Of a stretch of DNA of 57,599 nucleotides, positions 30,080 through 38,927 are shown piece by piece. This DNA is from a virus (lineage: Duplodnaviria > Caudoviricetes): positions 1 through 57,599 of the IMG/VR virus record IMGVR_UViG_3300035136_000050, one strand, 5' to 3'. The first letter of the stretch is position 1, and every line of letters starts with the position of its first letter. The notes under the pieces were generated by a model, which made no database searches, was not told the origin of the DNA, and saw only the letters and a program-made list of their open reading frames with translations. A program made the translations under genes and the position numbers.

Positions 30080-31224
30080 GTGGTTTCCTCTTGGTCTGTG
30101 ATTAAATCGAGTTTGAGTAAAGCGGCGGCTTGACGCCAGGATTTGTCTGGAACGCCTTTGAGGTGGTCCAGGTAGAGCATGGTGATGTTGAGGCTGGAAT
30201 GGCCCAACATTTTTGAGATGGCGCGGATGTCGTCGCCAGAGGCGTCGCGCAGCATGGCGGCGGAGTGGCGCAGGATGTGGATGTGGATGCGGTCGGCGTC
30301 TAGCCCGGCGCGGCGGGCGTATTTTTTGAGCAGGCGGCCCACGGTGCCCGGGGCGAGAGGCCGCTGACGGTCCCAGGTGAGTTCGCTGACGTTGGCGAAA
30401 CGGGTGGCGTTGTCGGAATGCGGGATGAAGATGTAATCGTCTTCGGCCAGGTCATGGCGCTGGGCGGCCTTGAGGTATTTGCGGATGGCCGCCCAGACGG
30501 GGGGGGCCAGCTCGTTGCGCTCGCCTTTTTTGCCCTTGCCGTCCCAGACGTGCGTGACTTTTTTGCCCTTGAATTCCAGGTCTCCCCATTGCAATTCGCG
30601 CCATTCACTGTTACGGCGACCGGTGAAGACGTAGCCGAGGAATAGCGCGTAATCGCGCAGACCCTGGACCGAGTCTTGTTTGATGGCGTTCAGGAGCAGG
30701 AACAGGTCCGTGGGGGGGAGATAGTCGGCCTTTTCGGCGGGGGCGGCGCGGGGCAGGCGAACCGCAAGCGCAGGGTTGACGCCGTCGTGCAGGGCGCGCT
30801 CGCTGCCGTCGGGTTCGATGATGGTGTAGCGGGTTTGAACGAAGGTATAGAATGAGCTAATGGCGGCGCGGTATTGGGCGATGGTGGTGGGGGCGTAGCC
30901 AAAGCGGTCCTTGCGGCGGCCCTTGCGGACGAGGCCCTTGACGACGCCCTGGTCAAGCGGTCGCTGGCCGAGGTCCTGAATCCAGTCGCGGATATCGGGG
31001 GATGTGACGCGCCAGGGGTATTTTCCTGTGAACTCTAACAGGTCGCGCCAGGCGCGCTCGTAGGCGTTGCGGGTGTTGGCGGCGGTGAATTCGGCGAGCC
31101 ATTGAGTGTAGGCGCGGCTCCACTCGGCGGCACGGTCAAAGGGGGACCCCGCGAGGGGTTCCTCGACGACGACGATGGGTTGATCGCCGAAAAAGCCGTT
31201 GGGGACGAGGTCGGTGCTGGTCAT
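30076..31224 (-). CDS. Tyrosine recombinase (second, in early operon)
   Basis: RDYAL-TGRRNSE, GKGKK, HILRH, LGHSS...Y: full catalytic set. Confidence 0.93.
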   Translation of the reverse strand: MTSTDLVPNGFFGDQPIVVVEEPLAGSPFDRAAEWSRAYTQWLAEFTAANTRNAYERAWRDLLEFTGKYPWRVTSPDIRDWIQDLGQRPLDQGVVKGLVRKGRRKDRFGYAPTTIAQYRAAISSFYTFVQTRYTIIEPDGSERALHDGVNPALAVRLPRAAPAEKADYLPPTDLFLLLNAIKQDSVQGLRDYALFLGYVFTGRRNSEWRELQWGDLEFKGKKVTHVWDGKGKKGERNELAPPVWAAIRKYLKAAQRHDLAEDDYIFIPHSDNATRFANVSELTWDRQRPLAPGTVGRLLKKYARRAGLDADRIHIHILRHSAAMLRDASGDDIRAISKMLGHSSLNITMLYLDHLKGVPDKSWRQAAALLKLDLITDQEETT

Positions 31225-31547
31225 TGGCGGGCCTCTCCTTCGACAAGCTCAGGACGAGGAGAGCACGGCTCGGCGGAATTGACGGATGATGGCTCGACAG
31301 CGACGGATTCCTGGCAGATGAGGCAGTAGCGGATGCCGGTCATGCTGGGGTCGGGGTGGGGGATGGTGGGCCGGTCGCACTGGGGGCAGAGGTGGGGGAG
31401 TTCGCCGGCGGCTTGCAGGCCCTGGCGGATGAGGTTGGCGGCGACCTGGCGGGGGTCGTCGCACCCCAGGCGGTCTGTGAGACGGCCCAGGGCGCGACTG
31501 GTGGCCGGGGGGAGTTTGACGTAGATTCTAAGGGGGGTGTAATCCAT
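31221..31547 (-). CDS. Small regulator candidate (Cro position) with Zn ribbon
   Basis: Divergent from repressor; CPQC...CLIC. Confidence 0.5.
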   Translation of the reverse strand: MDYTPLRIYVKLPPATSRALGRLTDRLGCDDPRQVAANLIRQGLQAAGELPHLCPQCDRPTIPHPDPSMTGIRYCLICQESVAVEPSSVNSAEPCSPRPELVEGEARQ

Positions 31548-31703
31548 TGATAATGGCTCCTCATGCGCTATCCGATTGGTATGTAAATTATACCCGCAGG
31601 TATAGGTTTGAAATAGTACCAAATGTCACGTAAAAAAGGTGACAAATGTCACATCATTCCGCTTGGTATAGAAATTTGTCCCACGGGTTTAGCGCGTTGT
31701 GAT
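31548..31703. promoter_or_regulatory. Divergent immunity control region
   Basis: AT-rich; palindrome GTGACAAATGTCAC (31639-31652). Confidence 0.55.
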
Positions 31704-32099
31704 ATGCTTGCCGTTGTGAATGATTCCTTTGCCACGTGGTTAATAGAAGAACTTAAGAAAAAGGACTGGTCGCAGAGCGATTTGGCACGACGAGCCGGGG
31801 TGAGTCAGGTTACTGTATCTCGGGTGCTGAGTGAAACGCGCCAGCCTGGGCCTGAATTTTGCCAGGGGGTTGCGCAGGCGTTGCGCATTCCGCCAGAGCA
31901 GGTTTTTCGTCGCGCCGGATTGTTGCCACTAAAATCACAGCAGCAAGAGGGAATCGAGGAGTTGCTTTTTTATTATGAGCAACTGACGCCTGGCGATCAG
32001 GCGCGCGCGCTGACGTTGTTGCGCGCGCTGGCTGAGGAAAGGGTGGAGTATGATGCTGAGGCGAGTCCGAGATTACAGGGCAAGACGGCGACGGCGTGA
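31704..32099 (+). CDS. XRE-family repressor
   Basis: WSQSDLARRAGVSQVTVSRVLSETRQPG. Confidence 0.88.
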   Translation: MLAVVNDSFATWLIEELKKKDWSQSDLARRAGVSQVTVSRVLSETRQPGPEFCQGVAQALRIPPEQVFRRAGLLPLKSQQQEGIEELLFYYEQLTPGDQARALTLLRALAEERVEYDAEASPRLQGKTATA

Positions 32100-32295
32100 G
32101 TTTGTGGTAGGTTTTGGGGGTTTGGGGGGGCCTGAGCGCCGTTTTGTGTTGGATACGTTGCGGTTGTGGTGCGAGTGTCCGAGGCGGTGGTGGTTTGTGG
32201 AGGAGGTAGGGAAGGCGGTGGTGATCGGGGGATGAGGGGCGCGTAGGTTTCTATAGATTTGGTAGGATAAATCTATAGATTGAAGGGGAAGCAGG

Positions 32296-33129
32296 ATGGG
32301 CAAGGCAAAGAAACAACAGTCGGATATGTTCGCGTGGGTGATTTTGAGCCTCATTGTTATCATGCTGGGGGTGTGGGGGTTGGTGGAATGCGGGGGGAAT
32401 GATTCTGCAGCTCCTGCAACCAAGGAACCTACATTCACCAGGAGACCTACGGCTACAGTGACGCCATCCTCTACAGCTACTAGTATGCCTACCCAAACGC
32501 TGACGCCAACGTCTACGCCAACGTTTACGCCAACGCAGGGACCTACGGCGACGCGAACGAGACCCCCTAGAAGTACATTACGCCCGACACGTACACCGCG
32601 ACCGACAAGCACGTCACGCCCAACTAATACCCCGCTTTCCCTTGGCGCGGTTGAGGCGGCGACGGCTACGCAGCCGTCAGCACCGACTCAGCCACCACCG
32701 ACGTTAGTGCCGACTGAACTGCCGCCTACGCCCGTGCCGACTGAGCCACCACCGACATCTACGCCGACCGTGCCCCCACCAACTGAGCCGCCAACCCCGG
32801 CCCCGGCTAGTGTTGTGATCAATTATATATTTTATGATGGTGTAGTGGCACGTGTGGAGAGCGATGAATATGCTCAGATTGTAAATAACGGTGGGGTGGC
32901 AGTGAACTTGAGTGGATGGCGGTTAAATGCTGGCGATACTGGTCAAGATTTCTGGTTCCCTGTATTTGAGTTGCAACCGGGGGCATCCTGCCGAATTTTC
33001 ACGAATGAGATTCACGCGGAGAGTTGTGGTTTTTCGTTCGGCTCTGGACAAGCGTTGTGGAACAATGGCGGTGACTGTGGGTATTTGTTCAATGCCCAGG
33101 GTGAGCAGGTATCGGAGTTTTGTTATTAG
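32296..33129 (+). CDS. Membrane-anchored Pro/Thr-rich protein with lamin-tail domain
   Basis: N-terminal TM; PT stalk; DEYAQIVN-G-VNLSGWRL...LWNNGGD. Confidence 0.8.
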   Translation: MGKAKKQQSDMFAWVILSLIVIMLGVWGLVECGGNDSAAPATKEPTFTRRPTATVTPSSTATSMPTQTLTPTSTPTFTPTQGPTATRTRPPRSTLRPTRTPRPTSTSRPTNTPLSLGAVEAATATQPSAPTQPPPTLVPTELPPTPVPTEPPPTSTPTVPPPTEPPTPAPASVVINYIFYDGVVARVESDEYAQIVNNGGVAVNLSGWRLNAGDTGQDFWFPVFELQPGASCRIFTNEIHAESCGFSFGSGQALWNNGGDCGYLFNAQGEQVSEFCY

Positions 33130-33377
33130 TCTATCAGGGTATGGTGCGCATGGATGTGGGTTTGGGTCTGGGTTGTGTTTTGGCATTGGGGAGACCGTTG
33201 CAACGTCTGAGGCGCTCGATAATCAGTTCTGTTAGTTTTACGAGATCAACGTCAGGGGAAACATGAATCTCTTGAACTATCGTGATCTTGGGACAACGCT
33301 TTCGGAACATTGTCTCTCCTAGTGACTAAAATCTTATATTTAGTATAGCACGTTTGTGCGATTTGACAAGGAGTAGA

Positions 33378-33824
33378 ATGATGAGTGAGGAAGCTCAGAG
33401 CGATAAAGCTTTTGCGGATGGAAAAAACGAGGGTGTTGATAGAATACTCCAAATGTTTGTCTCGATTGCAAACGACAATATGGTGGAGACTGGGATAACC
33501 TTGAACGTGGGATGTTGCCTGGTTTCTGGGACAATGATTGGGTTCAAAAAGTATCTGGAGATACTGTTTTCTGATTTTGCGGGAGGATTTCGTGCTGAGG
33601 GACTTGCAGAGATAGCTGATGCCGTGGAAGAGAGAGCAAGAAAGGCACTTCAAGATATTGAAACAGAGCAAGATGCAAAGTCTTCCAAGCCTCGTTACAT
33701 TCATTTGAAAGATGCTCGATTTTTCTTTGGTAATGAGGCGGTTCCGCATAATCGAAAAGTTCTTTGGAGAGGTAAATTGTCGGCGGTTGAAGGATTTACG
33801 ATAGGTGTTATGAGTGTTAGTTAG
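33378..33824 (+). CDS. GvpU-like protein (AT-rich moron)
   Basis: GITLNVG-LVSG, YIHLKDA, LWRGKLSAVEGF. Confidence 0.65.
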   Translation: MMSEEAQSDKAFADGKNEGVDRILQMFVSIANDNMVETGITLNVGCCLVSGTMIGFKKYLEILFSDFAGGFRAEGLAEIADAVEERARKALQDIETEQDAKSSKPRYIHLKDARFFFGNEAVPHNRKVLWRGKLSAVEGFTIGVMSVS

Positions 33825-33839
33825 GTGGCGAGACGAGCA

Positions 33840-33866
33840 GGATAGATAAGTGATTATTATGTGCGC
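33840..33866 (+). other. dif/lox-like site G
   Basis: GGATAGATAA-GTGATTA-TTATGTGCGC. Confidence 0.82.
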
Positions 33867-34004
33867 AGGCCCTGGCGGGAGTATTTCCCGGAAATGGGAG
33901 TTTTTGGGAACCAGGGGGCGCACGGATTTAATGGACCGGAGGGTTCAGGGGTGGCTGTGGGGAGTAACCGTGGGGACCGGGGTGTGAGGTTTGATGGTGC
34001 ATAC

Positions 34005-34048
34005 TTCACATCCGTGAGGTCGTGAGTTCGAGTCTCTCCGCGCCCACC
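34005..34048 (+). other. attP core: 3' half of tRNA-Val(CAC)
   Basis: TTCACAT anticodon loop, AGGTC variable loop, GTGAG-TTCGAGT-CTCTC T-arm, CGCGCCC-A-CC; no 5' half; next to integrase. Confidence 0.82.
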
Positions 34049-34164
34049 TGACTACACTGGGGGCCGCAGGGGTAGGGAAATCTTCAACCCGTGCGGCCCT
34101 CGGTAGCGTGAATCCTCTCACTGGCGGTTGCAGGGTTGGTTTAAAAAAACCGCTCCCAGAAATA

Positions 34165-34197
34165 TTATGTGTCCTGAAATTCAAATTATGTGACCTG
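34165..34197 (+). promoter_or_regulatory. Two direct-repeat half-sites of the dif/lox-like motif
   Basis: TTATGTGTCCTG at 34165 and TTATGTGACCTG at 34186, between attP and the integrase RBS. Confidence 0.75.
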
Positions 34198-34223
34198 TAC
34201 CGGGGGGACTGGAGGTAGCACGG

Positions 34224-35165
34224 GTGAACCAGAACCAGGTAACGCTGTCTAAGGCGGTCGAGGGGTATTTGCTCTATGCTCATAGCAGGCGTTTGAGTGA
34301 GCACACGATCCGCGATTATTCTCATTCGTTTCGCAAGTTTGGGGAGTTTTTGGACTCTGATCCCGAGCTGGCGTCGGTGTCGGTGGAGCAGGTGGAAGGG
34401 TTCCTGGCCAGCCTGGGGCATTTGTCGAAAAAGACGGTGTTGAATTATCACGTGGGGTTGTCGGCTTTGTGGACGTGGGCGGTGCGGCGGGGAATCGCAG
34501 ACGAGCACGTGCCACGGCTGATTGACGCGCCCAAGCCTAAAAAGGCGGTGATTGAGATTTTTAGCGAGGATGAGGTGCAGAGGTTGTTGGATGCGTGCAA
34601 CCATTCCAGGGCATATAAGCGACCTCGGACGCGGAAGTGCTCGAACACGCGGCCCACGGCGCTGCGGGATAAGGCAATCATTTTGACGCTGCTGGATTCT
34701 ATGGTGCGCGTGAGTGAGTTGGGGGGTATGTTGCGGTCGGAAATGGATTTGCGACAGGGAACGGTCAAGGTGCTGGGAAAGGGGGCTAAGGAGCGGGTAG
34801 TGCCGATTTCGAGCGAGACGGCGGACGCGATCTGGCATTATCTAGCGGTGCGGCTTGACGCGAAGCCACAGTATATTGATCTGGTGTTTTTGACGACGGA
34901 GGGGCGGCCGCTGGATCGCAACGCGGTGGGGAAGTTGGTGAGACGGTTGGGGCGGAAGGTGGGAGTGGCGGCGAATCCGCATAAGTTCAGGCACACGGGG
35001 GCCACGCAATTTTTGCGCAACGGGGGGAATGCGTTCACGCTGAAGGAGATTTTGGGACATTCGACGATGGCGATGGTGGAGCGGTATATCCATCTGGCGC
35101 AGGTGGATATTGAGGAGGCGCATAAAAGAGCATCGCCGGTGTACAATTGGGATTTGAGGAGATAG
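34224..35165 (+). CDS. int: Integrase, XerC/D-like tyrosine recombinase
   Basis: RDKAII-RVSEL, GKGAKER, HKFRH, LGHS...Y; GGAGG RBS; adjacent to attP. Confidence 0.95.
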   Translation: MNQNQVTLSKAVEGYLLYAHSRRLSEHTIRDYSHSFRKFGEFLDSDPELASVSVEQVEGFLASLGHLSKKTVLNYHVGLSALWTWAVRRGIADEHVPRLIDAPKPKKAVIEIFSEDEVQRLLDACNHSRAYKRPRTRKCSNTRPTALRDKAIILTLLDSMVRVSELGGMLRSEMDLRQGTVKVLGKGAKERVVPISSETADAIWHYLAVRLDAKPQYIDLVFLTTEGRPLDRNAVGKLVRRLGRKVGVAANPHKFRHTGATQFLRNGGNAFTLKEILGHSTMAMVERYIHLAQVDIEEAHKRASPVYNWDLRR

Positions 35166-35201
35166 GGAGTAGGTGGATTAAAACAACCGTGGGGCCGGGT
35201 G

Positions 35202-35230
35202 TTGACGTGGTAGAATAATTGTGCTATAGT
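35202..35230 (+). promoter_or_regulatory. Sigma70-like promoter for lysis/late region
   Basis: TTGACG-17-TATAGT with TG extension. Confidence 0.7.
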
Positions 35231-35273
35231 TATGAGTGTTGTGGGGGATGGTTGAGACGTTGAATGGAGTGAG

Positions 35274-35492
35274 ATGGGCGCTCAACACTCGCAGCATAAC
35301 AAAAAAGGGATGGTTCCAGCGGTCAAGGGACTGCGCCGGTTGACGTGGGCGCAGTTGGAGATGCTGGATTTGTGCGTGGATCAGGTGTGCGAGGCTGGCT
35401 TTGGCTCGATAGTAGTGATTGTCGAGCGGGGCAAGCCTCTTTTTGTTTATCCGAAGCCGAGGCTGAGGTTGCAGCCAGGGCGGGGGGACTAG
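35274..35492 (+). CDS. Small protein, DUF2292/YezD-like
   Basis: GFGSIVVIVERGKP pattern; between promoter and terminator. Confidence 0.5.
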   Translation: MGAQHSQHNKKGMVPAVKGLRRLTWAQLEMLDLCVDQVCEAGFGSIVVIVERGKPLFVYPKPRLRLQPGRGD

Positions 35493-35545
35493 GCGATTTT
35501 GATCGCATAATTGAATAGCTGGCCCGACAGGGACAAGTGAAACCG

Positions 35546-35577
35546 GGGCAACGCCATAATGGCGTTGCCCCTTTTTT
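35546..35577 (+). terminator. Intrinsic terminator before lysis genes
   Basis: GGGCAACGCC-ATAAT-GGCGTTGCCC then T-run. Confidence 0.85.
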
Positions 35578-35593
35578 GTTTTAGGAGGTTGAC

Positions 35594-36037
35594 ATGAAAA
35601 AGTCGTTAGTTTGGGTGGTTGTGTTTGTTTTGGTGTTGGTGTTGGCAGGCGTGGCCAACGCGCAGGATGACTCTCCGTTACCAACTCCAACCAGCGTTCC
35701 TGATCCGAATTATCCACCACCGTCGCCGGGCGACGACGAGGCGTTGAAGATGGCGCTGTTGTGGATCGTGGGCGGCGGCGGAGCGGGCGCGATTGCGTAC
35801 TGGCTAATGGGCAACGTGTCCTGGTTGGGCGACCTGGCCTCGGATAAAAAGCGGTACGTGGCGCTGGGACTGTCGGGGCTGCTGGCCTGGCTAGCGCTTG
35901 GGGCAGCCGTGGGTCTGGAGTATTTGCCGGATCCGGGCAGCGGCCAGGCGTGGCTGGAACAGTTGTTTGCGATTGCGTTCGCGGCGGTGGCGACCAGCCA
36001 GAGCGTGCATGGCTGGCGGCAGTTGCGCGCTGAGTAA
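35594..36037 (+). CDS. Holin-like membrane protein with signal-peptide-like N-terminus
   Basis: AGGAGG RBS; ANA cleavage-like motif; 3 further TM segments; upstream of endolysin. Confidence 0.6.
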   Translation: MKKSLVWVVVFVLVLVLAGVANAQDDSPLPTPTSVPDPNYPPPSPGDDEALKMALLWIVGGGGAGAIAYWLMGNVSWLGDLASDKKRYVALGLSGLLAWLALGAAVGLEYLPDPGSGQAWLEQLFAIAFAAVATSQSVHGWRQLRAE

Positions 36038-36051
36038 CAAAATGGGTCGCG

Positions 36052-36477
36052 GTGAAGAATGTACTGCGTCAGTTTCTCAGAGACCATTTTGACGAGCAAG
36101 AGCTGCGCACGCTGTGTTTCGACCTGGGGGTTGATTATGATGATCTGCCGGGTGAGGGGCGCAGTGATCGAGCGAGGGAATTGGTCGCGTATTTTGAGCG
36201 GCGCGGACAGTCGCATTATCTGGCCGGGGCGTGTGTAATGCTCCGGCCAGAGGTGTGGGGACGGCAATCGCGGCAAAAATTCGGGCGGACGGGATTGACT
36301 GATAGGTTGTCGCCAGATGCGTTGGATGATGGCGGGCGGGAATACCGCGAGCTAGTTTTGCTAGTCATCGGGCGGCTTGAGGCTAGAGTGGATCGGATGA
36401 TGCTGGCGGTGGCGGCGCTTTTGGCGATGTCTGTGGCGAATACGATTTTTTGGGTGGCGCAGATGGTGGGGAGATGA
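36052..36477 (+). CDS. EAD7-like domain protein with C-terminal TM
   Basis: HFDEQELRTLCFDLGVDYDDLPGEG...ARELV-Y-ERRG...LRP. Confidence 0.7.
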   Translation: MKNVLRQFLRDHFDEQELRTLCFDLGVDYDDLPGEGRSDRARELVAYFERRGQSHYLAGACVMLRPEVWGRQSRQKFGRTGLTDRLSPDALDDGGREYRELVLLVIGRLEARVDRMMLAVAALLAMSVANTIFWVAQMVGR

Positions 36478-36478
36478 C

Positions 36479-36730
36479 GTGGACGAGAAAACAAGGTTGT
36501 TGGTGTTGGTGCCACACATGCGTCGTATCCCGGCCAGGGCGCAGGCGTTGTTAGAGCACGTCCTGGAGTTTCGCCAGTTGTTAATGGGAGAGACCGGGGA
36601 CCTGGGGCAATACGTGGAAGCCCTGGTGCAGGAGAGCGTGATGTTGGAGCAGGAGACGCGGGAACTGGTTCACGTGGCCGGCATGATTGAGAGACTGGTG
36701 GAGTGGTTGAGCAATGAGCAGTCAGATTGA
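36479..36730 (+). CDS. Hypothetical coiled-coil protein
   Basis: Coupled in lysis cassette. Confidence 0.55.
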   Translation: MDEKTRLLVLVPHMRRIPARAQALLEHVLEFRQLLMGETGDLGQYVEALVQESVMLEQETRELVHVAGMIERLVEWLSNEQSD

Positions 36731-37397
36731 TTTGCATTTGTTGGCGCAGGAAATTGCGCAGGCAGCCGAGGCGAACAGGCAACGGTCTGAGGCACTGGTG
36801 GCGCAGGCCACGCGGTTGCTGGCGCTCTTGGAGCGGCCCGAGGTGGAGCGACCAGTGGGCGAGGGGGCACGGCTGGACGTGCCGTGGGTTTCGCAGTTGG
36901 GGCCGGGGACGAATTACGCGCCGGGGGATTGTGGGATGGCGGCGCTGGCGATGTGGTTGCGTTACCTGGGCCACGACGTGACGGTGGATGACGTGAGCCG
37001 AGCGACGGGGTTGTCGATGGGGTTCAGGTTGTCGTCGTTTCAGCATTTGCAAAAGGCGGCGCGGGCCTGGGGGTTGGAGTTGGCGTGGGCGGCGCGGCAA
37101 TCGCTGGACGCGCTGCGGGCGGAACTGGCGACGGGGTCGCCGGTGATCGCGCTGGTGCATTATCTGAGTTTGCCGAAGCCGGTGCGTTATGCCGCGCAGT
37201 ATCCATATAGTCACTGGGTAACGGTAGTGGGATATTCGGCGGGGTTTGTGGTGTACCACGATCCGTATTTTCCACCGGAGCAGGATGACGGGGGGGCGTT
37301 TATCGAGATCCCGAACGAGGATTTTTTGACGGCCTGGGGGAACAATCACAAGGCCAAGAATTTCAACAGCGATTTTGCGATGATCAAAGGAGCGTAA
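36714..37397 (+). CDS. C39-like cysteine peptidase (probable endolysin)
   Basis: LDVPWVSQ, DCG-AALAM, HWVTVVGY, YHDP. Confidence 0.85.
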   Translation: MSSQIDLHLLAQEIAQAAEANRQRSEALVAQATRLLALLERPEVERPVGEGARLDVPWVSQLGPGTNYAPGDCGMAALAMWLRYLGHDVTVDDVSRATGLSMGFRLSSFQHLQKAARAWGLELAWAARQSLDALRAELATGSPVIALVHYLSLPKPVRYAAQYPYSHWVTVVGYSAGFVVYHDPYFPPEQDDGGAFIEIPNEDFLTAWGNNHKAKNFNSDFAMIKGA

Positions 37398-37525
37398 ATC
37401 CTTGAGGTCTGAGAGACCTCAAGGGTTTGTTGGTGTGCTGCGTGTAGTCAATCGAGTTGTCATGTTTAGTGTTAAATTTTTCTTTACTTTAAATAAAAAC
37501 GTCCGAATTGTCCGGTTGGGAGTGA

Positions 37526-38248
37526 GTGTGGGGGTGTGGGAGTGTGGGTGAGCAGAGGAAGTGGTGGTCGAGCGCGTTTGGGGCGCGGGGGAGTAGGGTA
37601 AAGGACGACCCGGCGACGGCGTTCCCGGCGAGCGAGGAGACGCCAGGGCAGGAGGAGAGCCGGACGGCGTACCAGCGGCTGAGGGACGTGGGGCGGAAGT
37701 ACCCGTGGTGGGAGGAATATCTGGAACTGCGGGCGGCGGGATGGACGTGGCGCAAGGCGGTGCTGATCGCGTGGCTGACGATGCCCAGCGACCGCAGGCA
37801 GCCGGAGACGAAGCAGGAATTGGCCGTGAACGTGTTGGCGCTACGGAGCGACCGGACGGTGCGGCGATGGCAGAGGAAGGACCCGCGCATTGACGAGACG
37901 GTGGCGGCGCGGCAGGCGGCGGCGCTGTTTCAGTATCGGGCGGACATCTTCCACGCGCTGGGGACGATGGCGGCGACGCCAGAGGCCAAGGGGTTCAATG
38001 ATCGAAGGCTGGCGTTGGAGATGATGGGGGATTACCGGCCCAGGAGCGCGGTAGAGGTGACGGGAGAGGATGGGGGGGCATTAGACGTGAAGGCGAGCCT
38101 GGTGGGGCTGGTGGGGGAGTTGGACGGCGAGGAGTTGCGCCAGCTCATCAGGAATTTGGAGACGGCGAGCGAGGGGCGAGGGGCGAGGGGCGAGGGACCG
38201 GGCGCGGGCCTGGAAGGGGACGCGCACCCGGCCGAGGTGGATCAGTGA
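37526..38248 (+). CDS. Probable terminase small subunit
   Basis: RQPETKQELA...DRTVRRW HTH; EVTGEDGG tail; position. Confidence 0.65.
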   Translation: MWGCGSVGEQRKWWSSAFGARGSRVKDDPATAFPASEETPGQEESRTAYQRLRDVGRKYPWWEEYLELRAAGWTWRKAVLIAWLTMPSDRRQPETKQELAVNVLALRSDRTVRRWQRKDPRIDETVAARQAAALFQYRADIFHALGTMAATPEAKGFNDRRLALEMMGDYRPRSAVEVTGEDGGALDVKASLVGLVGELDGEELRQLIRNLETASEGRGARGEGPGAGLEGDAHPAEVDQ

Positions 38249-38459
38249 ACGAGGTGAGGCAGGTTGGTTTGGGTGAGGCCAGAGTCGCGCAGGCGCTGGA
38301 CGTGGGCGGCGAGGTCGGGCAGGCGCATGTCGGCGTGGGCGCTGGCGGCGACGGCCAGGGCGAGAAAGGCCGCGCCGAGGGTCTCGATGCTGGCGGCGGG
38401 GGCCTCATGGCGCTCGCTGGCGAGTTCGCTTTGACTGGCGTCGCAGGCGAGGGTGCGCA

Positions 38460-38861
38460 GTGAGGACGCTGGCAGAAATTTTAGAAGCGGCCAAAAGTGG
38501 AAATAAGCCTGGCCACGAAGAGTGTTATTGGGCTATGTTGGCTCTCGGTGCGCTCAATCATTTCAATTTCGTTGCGCTGGAACGCCTGGCTGATTATGAG
38601 GGAATAGGGCGACCGTTTGGGCCAAAGTTCCAATTTGAGGAAGCGTTTGGACGGGAAAAAAAGGCTTTGGAACAATCTCCACGTGAATGGGTGGGAGAGG
38701 CGTATGATCCGGCTAATCCTGCATATCAGCAGTGGCGGCGGGTGGCCTTGTCGGTATTTGAGACTGTATTGATAGAGGCAGGCAGGTATGGGACGCAGGG
38801 TGAAACTACCAGAGACGAGGGCGGAAACTCCGTCACAAAAACTGACAGGCGGGGGAGTTAG
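38460..38861 (+). CDS. Hypothetical protein between terminase subunits
   Basis: Distinct, AT-richer ORF. Confidence 0.55.
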   Translation: MRTLAEILEAAKSGNKPGHEECYWAMLALGALNHFNFVALERLADYEGIGRPFGPKFQFEEAFGREKKALEQSPREWVGEAYDPANPAYQQWRRVALSVFETVLIEAGRYGTQGETTRDEGGNSVTKTDRRGS

Positions 38862-38927
38862 TCCGGTGGCCTATATTGGGCTGATACCGCTGCTCGTTGC
38901 GATTATCAGGGCGTTGAGGTAGGGAAA

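Noticed and set aside
33970-34050. Complete tRNA gene
   Set aside because: No 5' acceptor strand, D-arm or pairing anticodon-stem strand; treated as attP core
35503-35520. CGCATAA as a 14th lattice site
   Set aside because: No TTATGTG arm 7 bp downstream
37441-37520. cos site upstream of small terminase
   Set aside because: AT-rich and plausibly placed, but no recognisable cos sequence
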